Positions 38,301 to 47,900 of a stretch of 63,298 bases of DNA are shown piece after piece. Both the position numbers and the translations under genes were made by a program. Source of the DNA: Phoronis australis (lineage: Eukaryota > Animalia > Phoronida). Under the pieces are notes generated by a model. The model worked only from the letters and a program-made list of their open reading frames with translations. It searched no databases and had not been told where the DNA came from. The DNA is taken from positions 199,222 to 262,519 of the forward strand of contig NMRA01000587.1 of NCBI GenBank assembly GCA_002633005.1, in the 5' to 3' direction. Each line of letters opens with the position of its first letter. The first letter of the stretch is position 1.

Positions 38301-38357
38301 CCTATAAGCCCAGATGGAATGATAAATCACAAGACTAAGCAAAAAGTGAAAACATAG
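8210..38357 (+). CDS. BMP1: BMP1/tolloid-like astacin (M12A) metalloprotease, full gene span, 19 coding exons, 1027 aa
   Basis: Exons joined at GT-AG sites with consistent phases: 8210-8342, 12753-12966, 15579-15703, 16159-16279, 16908-17086, 22780-23013, 26104-26328, 26844-26960, 28332-28477, 28953-29148, 30505-30627, 31322-31485, 31894-32077, 32476-32601, 33822-33949, 34796-35009, 36261-36438, 37556-37628, 38154-38357 (sum 3084 nt, open to TAG). Motifs: [18 protein letters not shown]|[39 protein letters not shown], 5 CUB and 2 EGF domains. The symbol is family-level; an invertebrate gene would be co-orthologous to BMP1/TLL1/TLL2. Confidence 0.97.
8833..9079. mobile_element. Probable MITE remnant with TACCGT...ACGGTA ends
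   Basis: TACCGTCA at left and TTTACGGTA at right, with repeated internal CGCCCA motifs. Confidence 0.4.
9244..9415. repeat. Tandem duplication, 86 bp x2
   Basis: TAATCTTGATCAACAG...CTCTTTCTT starts at 9244 and 9330, with one mismatch. Confidence 0.9.
11045..11556. repeat. 33-bp minisatellite, about 15 copies, in BMP1 intron 1
   Basis: Unit TGGTTGAGATGAATGTTCTGATATATTGGATAT; central copies nearly identical, edges degenerate. Confidence 0.95.
12753..12966 (+). CDS. BMP1: BMP1/tolloid exon 2: prodomain
   Basis: acatttcag|CTGGT; [13 protein letters not shown] followed by a basic stretch; donor AG|GTAATT. Confidence 0.92.
13658..15115. repeat. Old inverted-repeat pair in BMP1 intron 2 (arms about 13658-13920 and 14880-15115)
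   Basis: Colinear blocks GTCATTGATC, TTTTGCTATGA, GGTCATGTGACC, TGGCAG.TTGG and TTTCTACTTTCAGAA recur as reverse complements. Confidence 0.65.
15579..15703 (+). CDS. BMP1: BMP1/tolloid exon 3: furin site and start of astacin domain
   Basis: [17 protein letters not shown]|[24 protein letters not shown]; donor G|GTTCGT. Confidence 0.93.
16159..16279 (+). CDS. BMP1: BMP1/tolloid exon 4: astacin domain
   Basis: ttttgcag|; [41 protein letters not shown]; donor GTAAGG. Confidence 0.95.
16908..17086 (+). CDS. BMP1: BMP1/tolloid exon 5: zinc-binding motif
   Basis: [59 protein letters not shown]; donor GTAGGA. Confidence 0.97.
19516..19793. repeat. Degenerate minisatellite of about 31 bp, about 9 copies
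   Basis: Consensus approximately GGGATTTGAATTCAGAAATAAGCCTTCACAA. Confidence 0.8.
22356..22660. mobile_element. Tc1/mariner-like MITE remnant
   Basis: Left TA+CAGTAAATATTCTACACTTTGGGAACG; right end reverse complement CAGTAAAAAATACCCAGTTTGGGACG. Confidence 0.5.
22780..23013 (+). CDS. BMP1: BMP1/tolloid exon 6: Met-turn and end of astacin domain
   Basis: [11 protein letters not shown]...[17 protein letters not shown]...[22 protein letters not shown]; donor GTGAGT. Confidence 0.97.
26104..26328 (+). CDS. BMP1: BMP1/tolloid exon 7: CUB1, N-terminal part
   Basis: [15 protein letters not shown]...[16 protein letters not shown]...[16 protein letters not shown]; donor GTAAGT. Confidence 0.95.
26844..26960 (+). 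CDS. BMP1: BMP1/tolloid exon 8: CUB1, C-terminal part
   Basis: [39 protein letters not shown]; flanked by AG and GTAAGT. Not in the ORF track. Confidence 0.95.
28332..28477 (+). CDS. BMP1: BMP1/tolloid exon 9: CUB2, N-terminal part
   Basis: [49 protein letters not shown]; donor GTTTGT. Confidence 0.95.
28953..29148 (+). CDS. BMP1: BMP1/tolloid exon 10: CUB2, C-terminal part
   Basis: [65 protein letters not shown]. Confidence 0.96.
29723..30240 (+). mobile_element. Non-autonomous DNA transposon, CAGGGCTTGG family, copy 1
   Basis: TIRs CAGGGCTTGG...CCAAGCCCTG; highly similar over about 500 bp to 33084-33582; no TSD visible. Confidence 0.88.
30505..30627 (+). CDS. BMP1: BMP1/tolloid exon 11: calcium-binding EGF1
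   Basis: [41 protein letters not shown]; phase 1-1; donor GTGAGT. Not in the ORF track. Confidence 0.96.
31322..31485 (+). CDS. BMP1: BMP1/tolloid exon 12: CUB3, N-terminal part
   Basis: [55 protein letters not shown]; donor GTAAGT. Confidence 0.96.
31547..31665 (+). mobile_element. tRNA-derived SINE head
   Basis: A-box-like TGGCCTTGTGG and B-box-like GGTTTGAGTCC (31598-31608), followed by non-tRNA sequence. Confidence 0.55.
31703..31843. repeat. Direct duplication of about 58 bp, period 83
   Basis: TCTTAAGCACACATGAGC.ACCTGCTTGACAATGAATGTATTCAGTGT.CTGGAACAA at 31703 and 31786. Confidence 0.85.
31894..32077 (+). CDS. BMP1: BMP1/tolloid exon 13: CUB3, C-terminal part
   Basis: [61 protein letters not shown]; donor GTGAGT. 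Confidence 0.96.
32476..32601 (+). CDS. BMP1: BMP1/tolloid exon 14: calcium-binding EGF2
   Basis: [42 protein letters not shown]; donor GTCAGT. Confidence 0.96.
33084..33582 (+). mobile_element. Non-autonomous DNA transposon, CAGGGCTTGG family, copy 2, 6-bp TSD CTCATG
   Basis: 13-bp TIR CAGGGCTTGGAAT; CTCATG at 33078-33083 and 33583-33588. Confidence 0.9.
33822..33949 (+). CDS. BMP1: BMP1/tolloid exon 15: CUB4, N-terminal part
   Basis: [43 protein letters not shown]; donor GTGAGC. Not in the ORF track. Confidence 0.95.
34796..35009 (+). CDS. BMP1: BMP1/tolloid exon 16: CUB4, C-terminal part
   Basis: [23 protein letters not shown]...[41 protein letters not shown]. Confidence 0.96.
36261..36438 (+). 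CDS. BMP1: BMP1/tolloid exon 17: CUB5, N-terminal part
   Basis: [60 protein letters not shown]; donor GTAAGT. Confidence 0.96.
36863..36995. other. Assembly gap (N run) in BMP1 intron 17
   Basis: Run of N; the flanking exons join in phase with no missing CUB5 sequence. Confidence 0.99.
37556..37628 (+). CDS. BMP1: BMP1/tolloid exon 18: CUB5, middle part
   Basis: [24 protein letters not shown]; flanked by tttcag and GTGGGT. Confidence 0.94.
38154..38357 (+). CDS. BMP1: BMP1/tolloid exon 19: end of CUB5 and C-terminal tail
   Basis: [32 protein letters not shown] followed by a tail ending KQKVKT and TAG. Confidence 0.94.
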   Translation: MPPEFISTHQSLMLRFNSDDTLNWKGFAAVYTIARPEDRAEERPDYVRRPISPDGMINHKTKQKVKT

Positions 38358-40456
38358 AGACTAAATGTAGAATAATTTTATAGTGATATTTTATTATTTC
38401 TATTATTGTACTAGAACAATTGTTGAAGGTTTTTTGGTGATACTAGACTGGTTACAACAGGCTATGTTACTGTGGTGAATTTTGTTTTTAAGGTATTCTG
38501 TATACGTCAGGAGGCTTTCATGAACCATCGTGACTCTATATTCACCAGGTGGTGCTTAGAACAGTTGCTCTTTTCATTGTTCAATTCAGAACCGAGCTGT
38601 TCACCAGCATGGGGGCATTCGTGGGCTAATGTGGTCCCATGTGACTGCTTTAGAGTGTGTATTATGTTGAGTCAGAGGCGCCACCTAGTGAAGTTGAAGC
38701 TGCCCATGCAGGCTTGATCTCATGGAACCAGTAACGCAGGCTGCTGTCATATGAGGGACCAGTTAACAGTTTGTGCAAAATTCCTTTTAAAACCATTTCG
38801 TTAAAGTTGATATCAACTTGCCTTCCATCACAAGAAGCAACTTATGATTTTATTACTTACCAATCTTAAATTGGTCTCAAATTTTTCACTTGGTGAAATT
38901 GGAGAGTGGAAAGAAGTGTCGATTCGTTATTGCTTGAGACCAGGCTCTACATAATGTGAAATAGACGTGGTGCAAACTCAGGATCTTCAGGAGCTGGACG
39001 TACTTTGAAAACTGATTTGAATAAGCAAGACATTCTTCCTGTTAGGACGGACCCATGCTGTTTTGTCCTAGTAATGAAAATGTCTTGTTATTTTAACTAC
39101 ATCAGGTTAATGTTTAGTGCCTTGAAATTGCATGTCATCCACCTGACAGTGAGCTTTACTGTCAACTTGGGGTGGTCTATCATGATAAAAGAACATGCAA
39201 ATCGATTTGTCCCGGTGTGTCATTTTATTTGCCGAGCACTGTCTTGGGCAATAACGAACTGTCTGCTCTTTGCAAATCCAGAAACAATTTTTCTCATTTG
39301 AATAACGGACTGTCAATCATTTGGATGACCAAAATAGCTTCGCATCTTTGAATGCGACAAGTTGAGACCAGTTTTGTAGCAGCAAGTGGTCTAAATCAAA
39401 AGTTTCTTCAATGGATTGCAGGTTTGTAGCCGATTCCCGCCATGTCTTGCCAGGTGGCAGCAGGTGTCATGGTTATTGTGTGCCTTGGGGCCACTCTTTC
39501 CTAAAACATCTCGTAGTGCAAAATTTGGCAACGCAGAAACTTAACTTGTCGCATGTTCTAGTCAACCATGTTTGAAACCATGTGGACATGAATAACACTT
39601 ACCATTACTTAAGTATTACGGATGTGCTGATTAAGCCACTGTTATTTCTTTGCTGACTTAATTAACGCTAATTACAACATTTTCCATACCTTTTAAAAGA
39701 TTTTGTCTCTATAGTTTGTCTGAGGACAGGCTTTTAAGTTAATTAGTTGTTCAACATCTATCCATCAGACTGTGATCCAAGGAAGCCTTTGTCTGATGTT
39801 GATAAGGCAGGCTTCTCAGTTGACTATGCCTGGAAGTCAAGATCTTAAGCTCTAAAGATATCTCTGGTCATCCAGTATTAGTATCCAAGTGCAAAATGGA
39901 TCAGCAACGTCATTAGTTACTGGATCAGTAACATCCGCAGTTACCGTATCAATAACTTGCGCTATTAATTTACCGTTTTCTTTTGTGAAAATTCAATTGC
40001 TTTAGCTCACAAAAATATTGTGAAGAACACAGATTTTAGATGATGATTTCCATGGTTGTAATGCAAGACGAGTACATTGCTATACTTGTATTTCAAGAAG
40101 TTTGTGCAGTACTTATACACGTCTCTTACAGGGTGTGTAAAAATGCATCAACTCTATGGTCAGAACAGAACTGGGAAAAGAATCTAACGTCTAATCATGC
40201 ATTGCCTGCTGCATTGTCTGTATAGTTTATATTCATCAGTTCAGTGCTTGTTGTATTACCTTCCGATACAAAATGAGGCATTGCGTTTTATTCCCTCTGT
40301 ATTAATTCATGGACTCTTTTTCTACCTTTGTAGCGTTTTTATTAATCTGTACCTCCTTTTTCTGTCATGTATTTGTAATATCTATTATTTTTACAGTCAA
40401 GCGTATGAAATTATTTACAAGAACTATTTTATTAGAAAGGCTGTGGTAATAAGAAC

Positions 40457-40462
40457 AATAAA
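40457..40462 (+). terminator. Candidate polyadenylation signal of the BMP1 transcript (3' UTR about 2.1 kb)
   Basis: AATAAA at the end of a long U-rich, TGTA-rich tract (about 40200-40450) typical of 3' UTR ends. Its use is inferred. Confidence 0.45.
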
Positions 40463-43400
40463 AACATACAACAAACTATCTTTAAATTGTTAGAATGACG
40501 TGGGAATAATGTTTACAAACCTTGCCTACACCAAGACAAGGCGAGGCCTGGTGCTTTTGCCAGCAGAATCTCTTGGGACGTCAAAGGAATTCTGACCACA
40601 GCAAGGTATACGCCAGCTGAGAAGCAAGCCAAGCCTGGTCATAAAGACATGCCCAAGTTGAGCGTGTAAATATTTGTTAGAAATTTAGGTATCTGTAATT
40701 ATTTCCACCAGATTAGTTTTTTTTTGCATTGGAAACGCAAAGGGTGTGGTGATGGCGCTGTCAGTAGATGATCAGGGTGAGTGGGGTGTAATTTGTAAAT
40801 GTCAGTTTTTCCAGTATTCTTTATGTCATCTCAAGAATGGCTTCCTGCCAGTTCTTGAGTGTTTTTGACATGACCAAAAATTAAAAGTGAATTTAATAAT
40901 TTCTGCAATGGTTTTAGGAATCTTGAGACAACAGGTACCCAAAGCAGAGTCCGTAAAAATGGTCAGTCGATATAAACATTGGAAATGTCAAGAAATTACG
41001 AGTACTTTAATAGTTAAAACATCAGCATTGAACAGCGAGAAAAAGGGCTTGTAATCCTAATGCAAAAAAAAAATTTTTAGGTGATCAGTGCAATGGGCCC
41101 ACATGCGAGGCCTGCGCACGTCTGATACAACGTGTATCGGACTGCCTGCAATTATTTTTTATATAATGCAATTGAATAATTGCGAAAAAAATGTCACACG
41201 TCAATCATTTTGGAAATTCATTGATGTTGTATGTTGGGACCACATCAGATGTCCCACAACATACTAGGTGCAACTGAAAATAAAAATCAGCAAAATTCAG
41301 ATTCATTACGTATACACTGTCCAAAAATATATGGAATAACTGTAGTTGTTAATCGATTTAGGAACAAGATTGTTGGTTAAAATTCGTAAAGATGTGATCA
41401 ACAAGGAATTGAGTTTTTAATGGAAGATAAGTACAATGTTTATACATGTAAGAAGATCAATCGTCTTCACTTCCTTGATGTTTTCAGTTGAATTTCCATT
41501 CTCTAAAGCGGAGTTGTTTCTGCAATTCTGGTGCATCGAGCAGTCTGTGATAGTTTGCGCACCTAATTTCACAGCAAAATGTACAGTAGGCCCGGGCATA
41601 GAGCCTTATCCATGGGAACTGAATTTGAACTCCCGTCATTGCACTGAAGTGAGATTACATGCTGTTTTGATGCCTACAGCACAGCATGGCATGTACCAAG
41701 AATGAACGTTTCAGTGACTAAGGTGTTTAGAGAACCAGTGGTACCTTTAAGTTGGACTAGCAGCTTACTACTGGTCATGTACCCTGATAAACGTTTATAT
41801 TGACTGAACCCCCCAGATCTATTAACCCCCCTTGTTGGCTATTAGTTACTGAACTATGTGGTATTATAACGAAACTGGAGAATGCTAACTAAATGTAAAC
41901 AAAACTACTAATTTTTTATTTAGGTCACTAATAAAACTGATTTCTACTTGTTTCATACTCAAACCTGAAGGGATTGCTGTCTTGGGACCAGGCTGGAGAC
42001 CAGGATCAGTAAGTTGGGCTTATCATGCAGCCAGCCTGGTTATAACACCGCAGTGAAGTCTAGTATGAGTAAGGGCAAAGTGGAGATCTGTTCTACAACT
42101 GCAGTGGCGTTAACCAGTAGTTATGTCTTGTCAGAAGACGGTTTAAACCTTCTTAATAAATAGATGTGCATTTTGTAAAATAACAGGTAATACATGCTCA
42201 ATGAGGTACAGAGGTGACCTGGTTTCAATACAATTGAATCAACTATTTAATACCTATACCACTAGTCAACTGCATAGTTCTAATCCGTTCAATATACATT
42301 CCCCTAGGATACTCTTTGGAAAATGAAATGGGTAACTATTCATCCTTACCAACTGAGTAGTAGTTTATTAATAGCCTATGTAGGTTATCTACATGTACAA
42401 GACAGACTAAAGTCAGTAGCACTGAGAGGCTGACAGTCCACTGGTTACCAATAGAAAGGCCTACTTTGTACCCTTGACCTGTGAATTAAAACAAGCTTCT
42501 TCATACAATTGGAGAACTAATATCCATCAATAGATCTTTGTTCGTCCACGCTAGCAGTGACTATGTTACATCACCTTGTTAAAAATATAGCTCAAGCCAA
42601 CAGTATTCAAACAAAATGACACGCGATTTGTCGCAATGGCTGGGCAGAAGCCGAGTAGTCATCACCCACATCAGAGAATGAAGGTGACAGGACAGTTAGT
42701 ATTTAAAGGTAGCCAAGCCCTTTTATAATTAGAATTTTGCAACTCTAATAGTAATTACCATTTATTTTTGCCATTTCCACAATTAGCCATCACCACATTT
42801 GTCAGATTACTTTTGTCTTGTACTGTAGGTATGTAATCAGGGAAGACAAACAGCAGTGTACATGTACACAATTTATGGCACAACTACTTTACAGCTGCCA
42901 ATACAAAAAGTGAAATTCATCATGATCCATTTATCAATTTCAAAAATCACGATTTGCCACAATACAGAGACAAGAAAGTAGACGCATGTGATTTAAAGTT
43001 GCAATATACCTGTATTGTATCACAAAAGAAATTTGATTCAGAACACCCTCATTTTTAAACTGGTTTGAAGTTGTACTTTACTCAGATTGAAAGTGACTGG
43101 GGTTTTGAAAGAAGAGACGAGCCGTCATTGCTTGGGTCAACGAAAAGGCTCGTCACAGAAATCCCGCTATGTACTGAGCATATCAACAGTCTGTAATAAA
43201 CAGAGCTTGAAATGACCAATGACAAAACGAAATTTTTCAAGGTCGTGTATCGTTCCACAAATGGACAATAGAAATAATCTTTGCATTCTAAAATTTAAGT
43301 GAAATAAACGTTTTTGCATGAATCGAGTCAAAGTAATGATCCCACAAAGCACTAGTCTAATTAGGTCAAACCGAAGCACCGAAGTTCAAACTAGGATAAA

Positions 43401-44560
43401 TCATTGGAACAACCAATGAACTTCATTCGATCTGTAATTGACCACTGCAAAATTAGACACAGTACTAACTTGTACGGAAAATCTGAACAAAGGGTTCCTT
43501 TCCAAACCAATGTTTATGGGACAATACGAACAGTTTAAGTCAAAAGTTAGATTAATTTTTACGGAAAAAGCTAGTTTGACAGCAACTGCTAAATTTTCAA
43601 GAACACTCATCTGTAGGGGACAAAGGCTACATGCACATAATGATAATAATAATAAATATAGTACACTACAAAAAGCAACGAAATCTCATTTTGGCTGGAA
43701 ACTTGGAACATGCCACTGCTAAACATATCTCGATCAATGTTGTGTACACAATATACAAGTAGACAAACCTGTCTTGTTCCACTTACAAAATTAACAAGAT
43801 GTGTGCAGCACTTTTCAAGAAAAAAAAAACATCTTTGCAAAAAACAACAAAATTTCAGAGTAAAAAATTTCAGCTGATTATTAGCAGTATTTCATTATAT
43901 TTTTTCCTTTTGATATTTTTAGTATAAATTCCATTTCGGGCTCAGCTATTCAGCAACTTACAGGGGGTAATAAACCCATTGTTTAGGTGCATTTTACATG
44001 CGCCAAAGGGGACAGTTGTGTATCTAAGAGCAGAGTTCACAAAGAACTGTTTTCACTGACCTCGCACGTTAATTTCAAAAGACCTATTGTATGTGAAGGA
44101 CACCTATGACTTACAACCATTCACAAAGTTCTAAGCCACTGATTTCCGAATAATTTGACTTCCGACTATTCAATTATCTGAAATAGTCAGGGATGTCGTT
44201 TAAATAACTTGGCAGCTCCCTGCATTGGCTTTTACATGTAGCTCAACAAGTAAAGCATCAGACTGTGGCCGCTGAGGAGGTGAGTATGACCTGGTGTTGG
44301 GTCTGATCAAAAATATACTACATTGTTGGTGATAACGTAACTTTGACTTTACTAACTGCTCACTTATTGAAAATGTAAATCCCAGAAGCCTTCAAACACA
44401 GAATGCACAAAACACTGCCATTGAATTGCAATATTTTGGTGCAAGCTTTTCACTTAGTAGAATATCTGCAATTCTGTAATGACCCATCTATGAGGGTACA
44501 TTTTTCCCACCAGAAATTGCCTTTGTTGATACAATTGGGATGACACCCGTATAGTATAGG

Positions 44561-44982
44561 TCAGTGGTCACTATCCATCACCTGGCAGTTCTGGTTTTCA
44601 GGGCTTTTCACTGTTCTGTTCTTACTAATCAGCAGCAGAATAAATAACAAAGGAATATGGATAAGCGTGAATCTGAAAAGATTGCGAGACGATTTTGCAT
44701 CTCCGTCTTTATAAAAGCGATATCCCAAGTAGGACAAATATAGGTTCAGAGGTAACGAGTCTGCCGCAAATGTCCAGGTGGTGAGTCCAATAGGTGGCGC
44801 TGCTAGACACAGGCCTGTCATCACTAGACAATAACGGAACGCGACGCGCTTGCACATGTCTGGTTCAACGACGGACATCATTCTGTAACCACCCCGACTG
44901 TAGTCAGCTCTCAAGTTCCAACTGAGGGCATTGAAATGTGGAAACTGCCAGGCGAACATTATTGCAGCCAATAACCAGGCCC
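44561..44982 (-). CDS. COX10: COX10 last coding exon
   Basis: cattccag|; [38 protein letters not shown]..., ending in TGA. Confidence 0.97.
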
Positions 44983-47900
44983 CTGGAATGAAGTGACATC
45001 TGGTGACTACTCAGGCGATTTCAACCTTTATACAAGACACATGCACTTACAAGGACGTTTTAAGAAAGTTTTTATATACATGAAGGTAAAATTCTCGAAC
45101 AAGTTTTATGTAACTTATCACAACGGAGAGTGCAAATCAAACGAGTCCTGATGACTGACAGAATTTTTCATGCATTACAAATCAAATTTAACTACATGCT
45201 GGACTTTTGTTGCAGGTTTTGATTAGTATTTCTATATCCAAATTACAGAAAAATTGGCTACACACCATCTGGATGATGCGAATACACTCAAAGGTTGAAA
45301 TCGTCTACGTGCTGCTTTCTGCAGAACTGGGACATAAGCTTGCACGAACGGTGAAAAGTCTTAGCTTACGGATTAAAAATAGTGAATTCTGTCCCAAAAA
45401 TTTACGAATTCGATCCTATAATGCAACATTAAAACCTCCCCAACCGAAAACCTCAGTGGCTGCCATATTGCTAAGACAGGGAGGTAATCTTCCAAGTGTA
45501 CTCACGGAACACTCGCATGATTTTGCGAGGTCTTGCGAAATCTTGTATTTCTCGGAAGAATCTTAATCTGCTTATTTCTGACTCAAAAACCAATACAGAG
45601 GTGTCAGAATAAAATGGACAGATTTTGGCATAACTGTGTCAAACTGTGCTCAATTTTAAAACTTACTTTATGCCTAAAATATTGAGTAATGAATGGGATG
45701 ACACTCATGATTGTTCACCCTGATTTGTTGACACTCACCTGGTTCCAGCTGACCTGTGCACGCTGCCCAGCCCATCATGGGTGGGATGGCACCCACCACT
45801 GCACCTACCCATGTATTATACATGGTGTACCTTTTTAGTGGAGTGTAGAGACAACTGTATAAAATAATGTTGAAGTAGCCCAGGCTTGCCGTCAGCGGAT
45901 TCGCTCCCAGAAACAGAATGCCATAGCCGAGCAGTCCGGACACCAAGGCAAAGTTAACGGCGTGCAGCGGGCTGTAATATACAACAGAGTTGATGGTAAT
46001 GCCATCCCAGCCACGGGCCACAGCACATTTACTAAACCCTTGCAACAGAGCTAAGCCCTTACCCCTATCCACACACCATAAAAGTTGTAACCATGCGCAG
46101 AGCTCACTTGCCATACACTTTTAGTGTAAGTTGTGTGGACATAGTTCAGCTTCCTTGGGTTCTTTGTGATTTGTGGTGTTTTGTGGGGAGGGTGGCAAGG
46201 GTACCACCACTAACCTAAGGGTACCTCTCTGTGTTAAGTGTTTTGCGGCCCAAGGTAAGGATTAGAATACCAGTCGTGCAGTCATAAGTTGAGTATATGA
46301 CAACAACAGTAAAAAGGCAAACAATATCAATTAAAGCACTAATGAGGGTAGGTGAACAATATCTTTTTAAATAACCTACAACCAATTGTAAAAATTTTGA
46401 ACAGTTTTGTGACCAGTCCGAGAAAGTGTCAGCCAAAACACTGCAGAGCATTATGTTTTCAAATGATCATTTCTTAGTATTTTAAGATTTATTTACCTGA
46501 TCAAACCTCGAACGAGAACTCGATTTTTTGTCCGATTCATCTGCGAATCATAGGGCACTTCGAAAAACTGGAACACAAAAATTACAATTAAACTCCATCA
46601 AGCACTAACAAAAAGTTGCTGCAATGGACAGACATCTACACCAGAATAGAGAACCTTCTCTTTCACCAACTAATAACTACAACTCCCAAAACAAAACTCA
46701 TCAATCAACTCCAAAAATAAAAATATTTGAATTCATAGCCATAAAGACTCAACATGTACATAAAGTACAGTTGAAACGACTATGGTAAATACTTTTCAAT
46801 CTAGAACAGCCTACTCAATATACTTTTGAGACAAAAAAATCGGGAGTGACCCCAGGCAACTGCAACTAAAGCCTAATATGTATTCATCCTTAAACAAATA
46901 ATTTACCATATTGAGCGCATTAGCAGAACACGACATTAATGCTGTTCCGACAGTGGCACAGGTGAAGGTCAAAAGGTCAAACACCCCAGGGGCCATGGCA
47001 TAGCCTCCAACGGCAGTGGTGACAATGAGAGCTGTAACATACAAGAACAAGGTTAGATAGTTTCAAGAACTTGGTTACATGCTTTTTGAAGGAAGTGACC
47101 TCAACTTAATATGTATAGATCACATGTAATTCTGTGCCTGAGACTGTGTTCCAAAATTCATTTGATGAACATTATATCCTCCAATGTTATTGGCTGCTCA
47201 TCAGGTCTAGTTACCGGTAAACGACTGAAAATAACAACGTGCAATGTGTTTACACTACTAGTGACAGAAAGACAGAGAGGCAGACACCAAACAAACGGAC
47301 TCAAAAATAACAAAATAGCCACTAGGTGGCACAGAATCCGTCACAAAATAGGAAGGCACCACCTTCATATCTTATATGGTATTGTCACCTCCTACATAGG
47401 AACCTATTTGCTAAATTTCATGGATGAACATCCATCAGGGAGTCCTGAAGACACAGAGGCGAATATAAACAAATAAAATTTCTATTTGGGGGCACAGCGA
47501 TAGCCAGATCTGTCGTCATTAGTCATCAACTTCAGGAACACAACTGAAAAATCACAGGAGATACAGCATTGGACACCCAGACAGAGGTGACGGCAATATG
47601 CACCCACATTTGTGGCGGATAAAAAGTAATGGAATCTAAAATGTTTTGAAGAGAAGTTTTAACTATAAATATGCAGGACTGACTGACCACAAGAACCCAA
47701 ACACAGGATTTCCCACTTATTGTGGTCCAACTTAGGCACACGTTTCACTTCACTCAGTGTGCGGGTTTACTGCAGAGATTCAGCACTTACCAGTGAGACG
47801 AGACTTGGACAATTTCAGGTAGTTGCCAGGTAGTTTGCGGACATCCAATCTTATCTCTTGCCATACAAGTTCATTAGTGGACTGCAGAGCTGGGGGTCTA

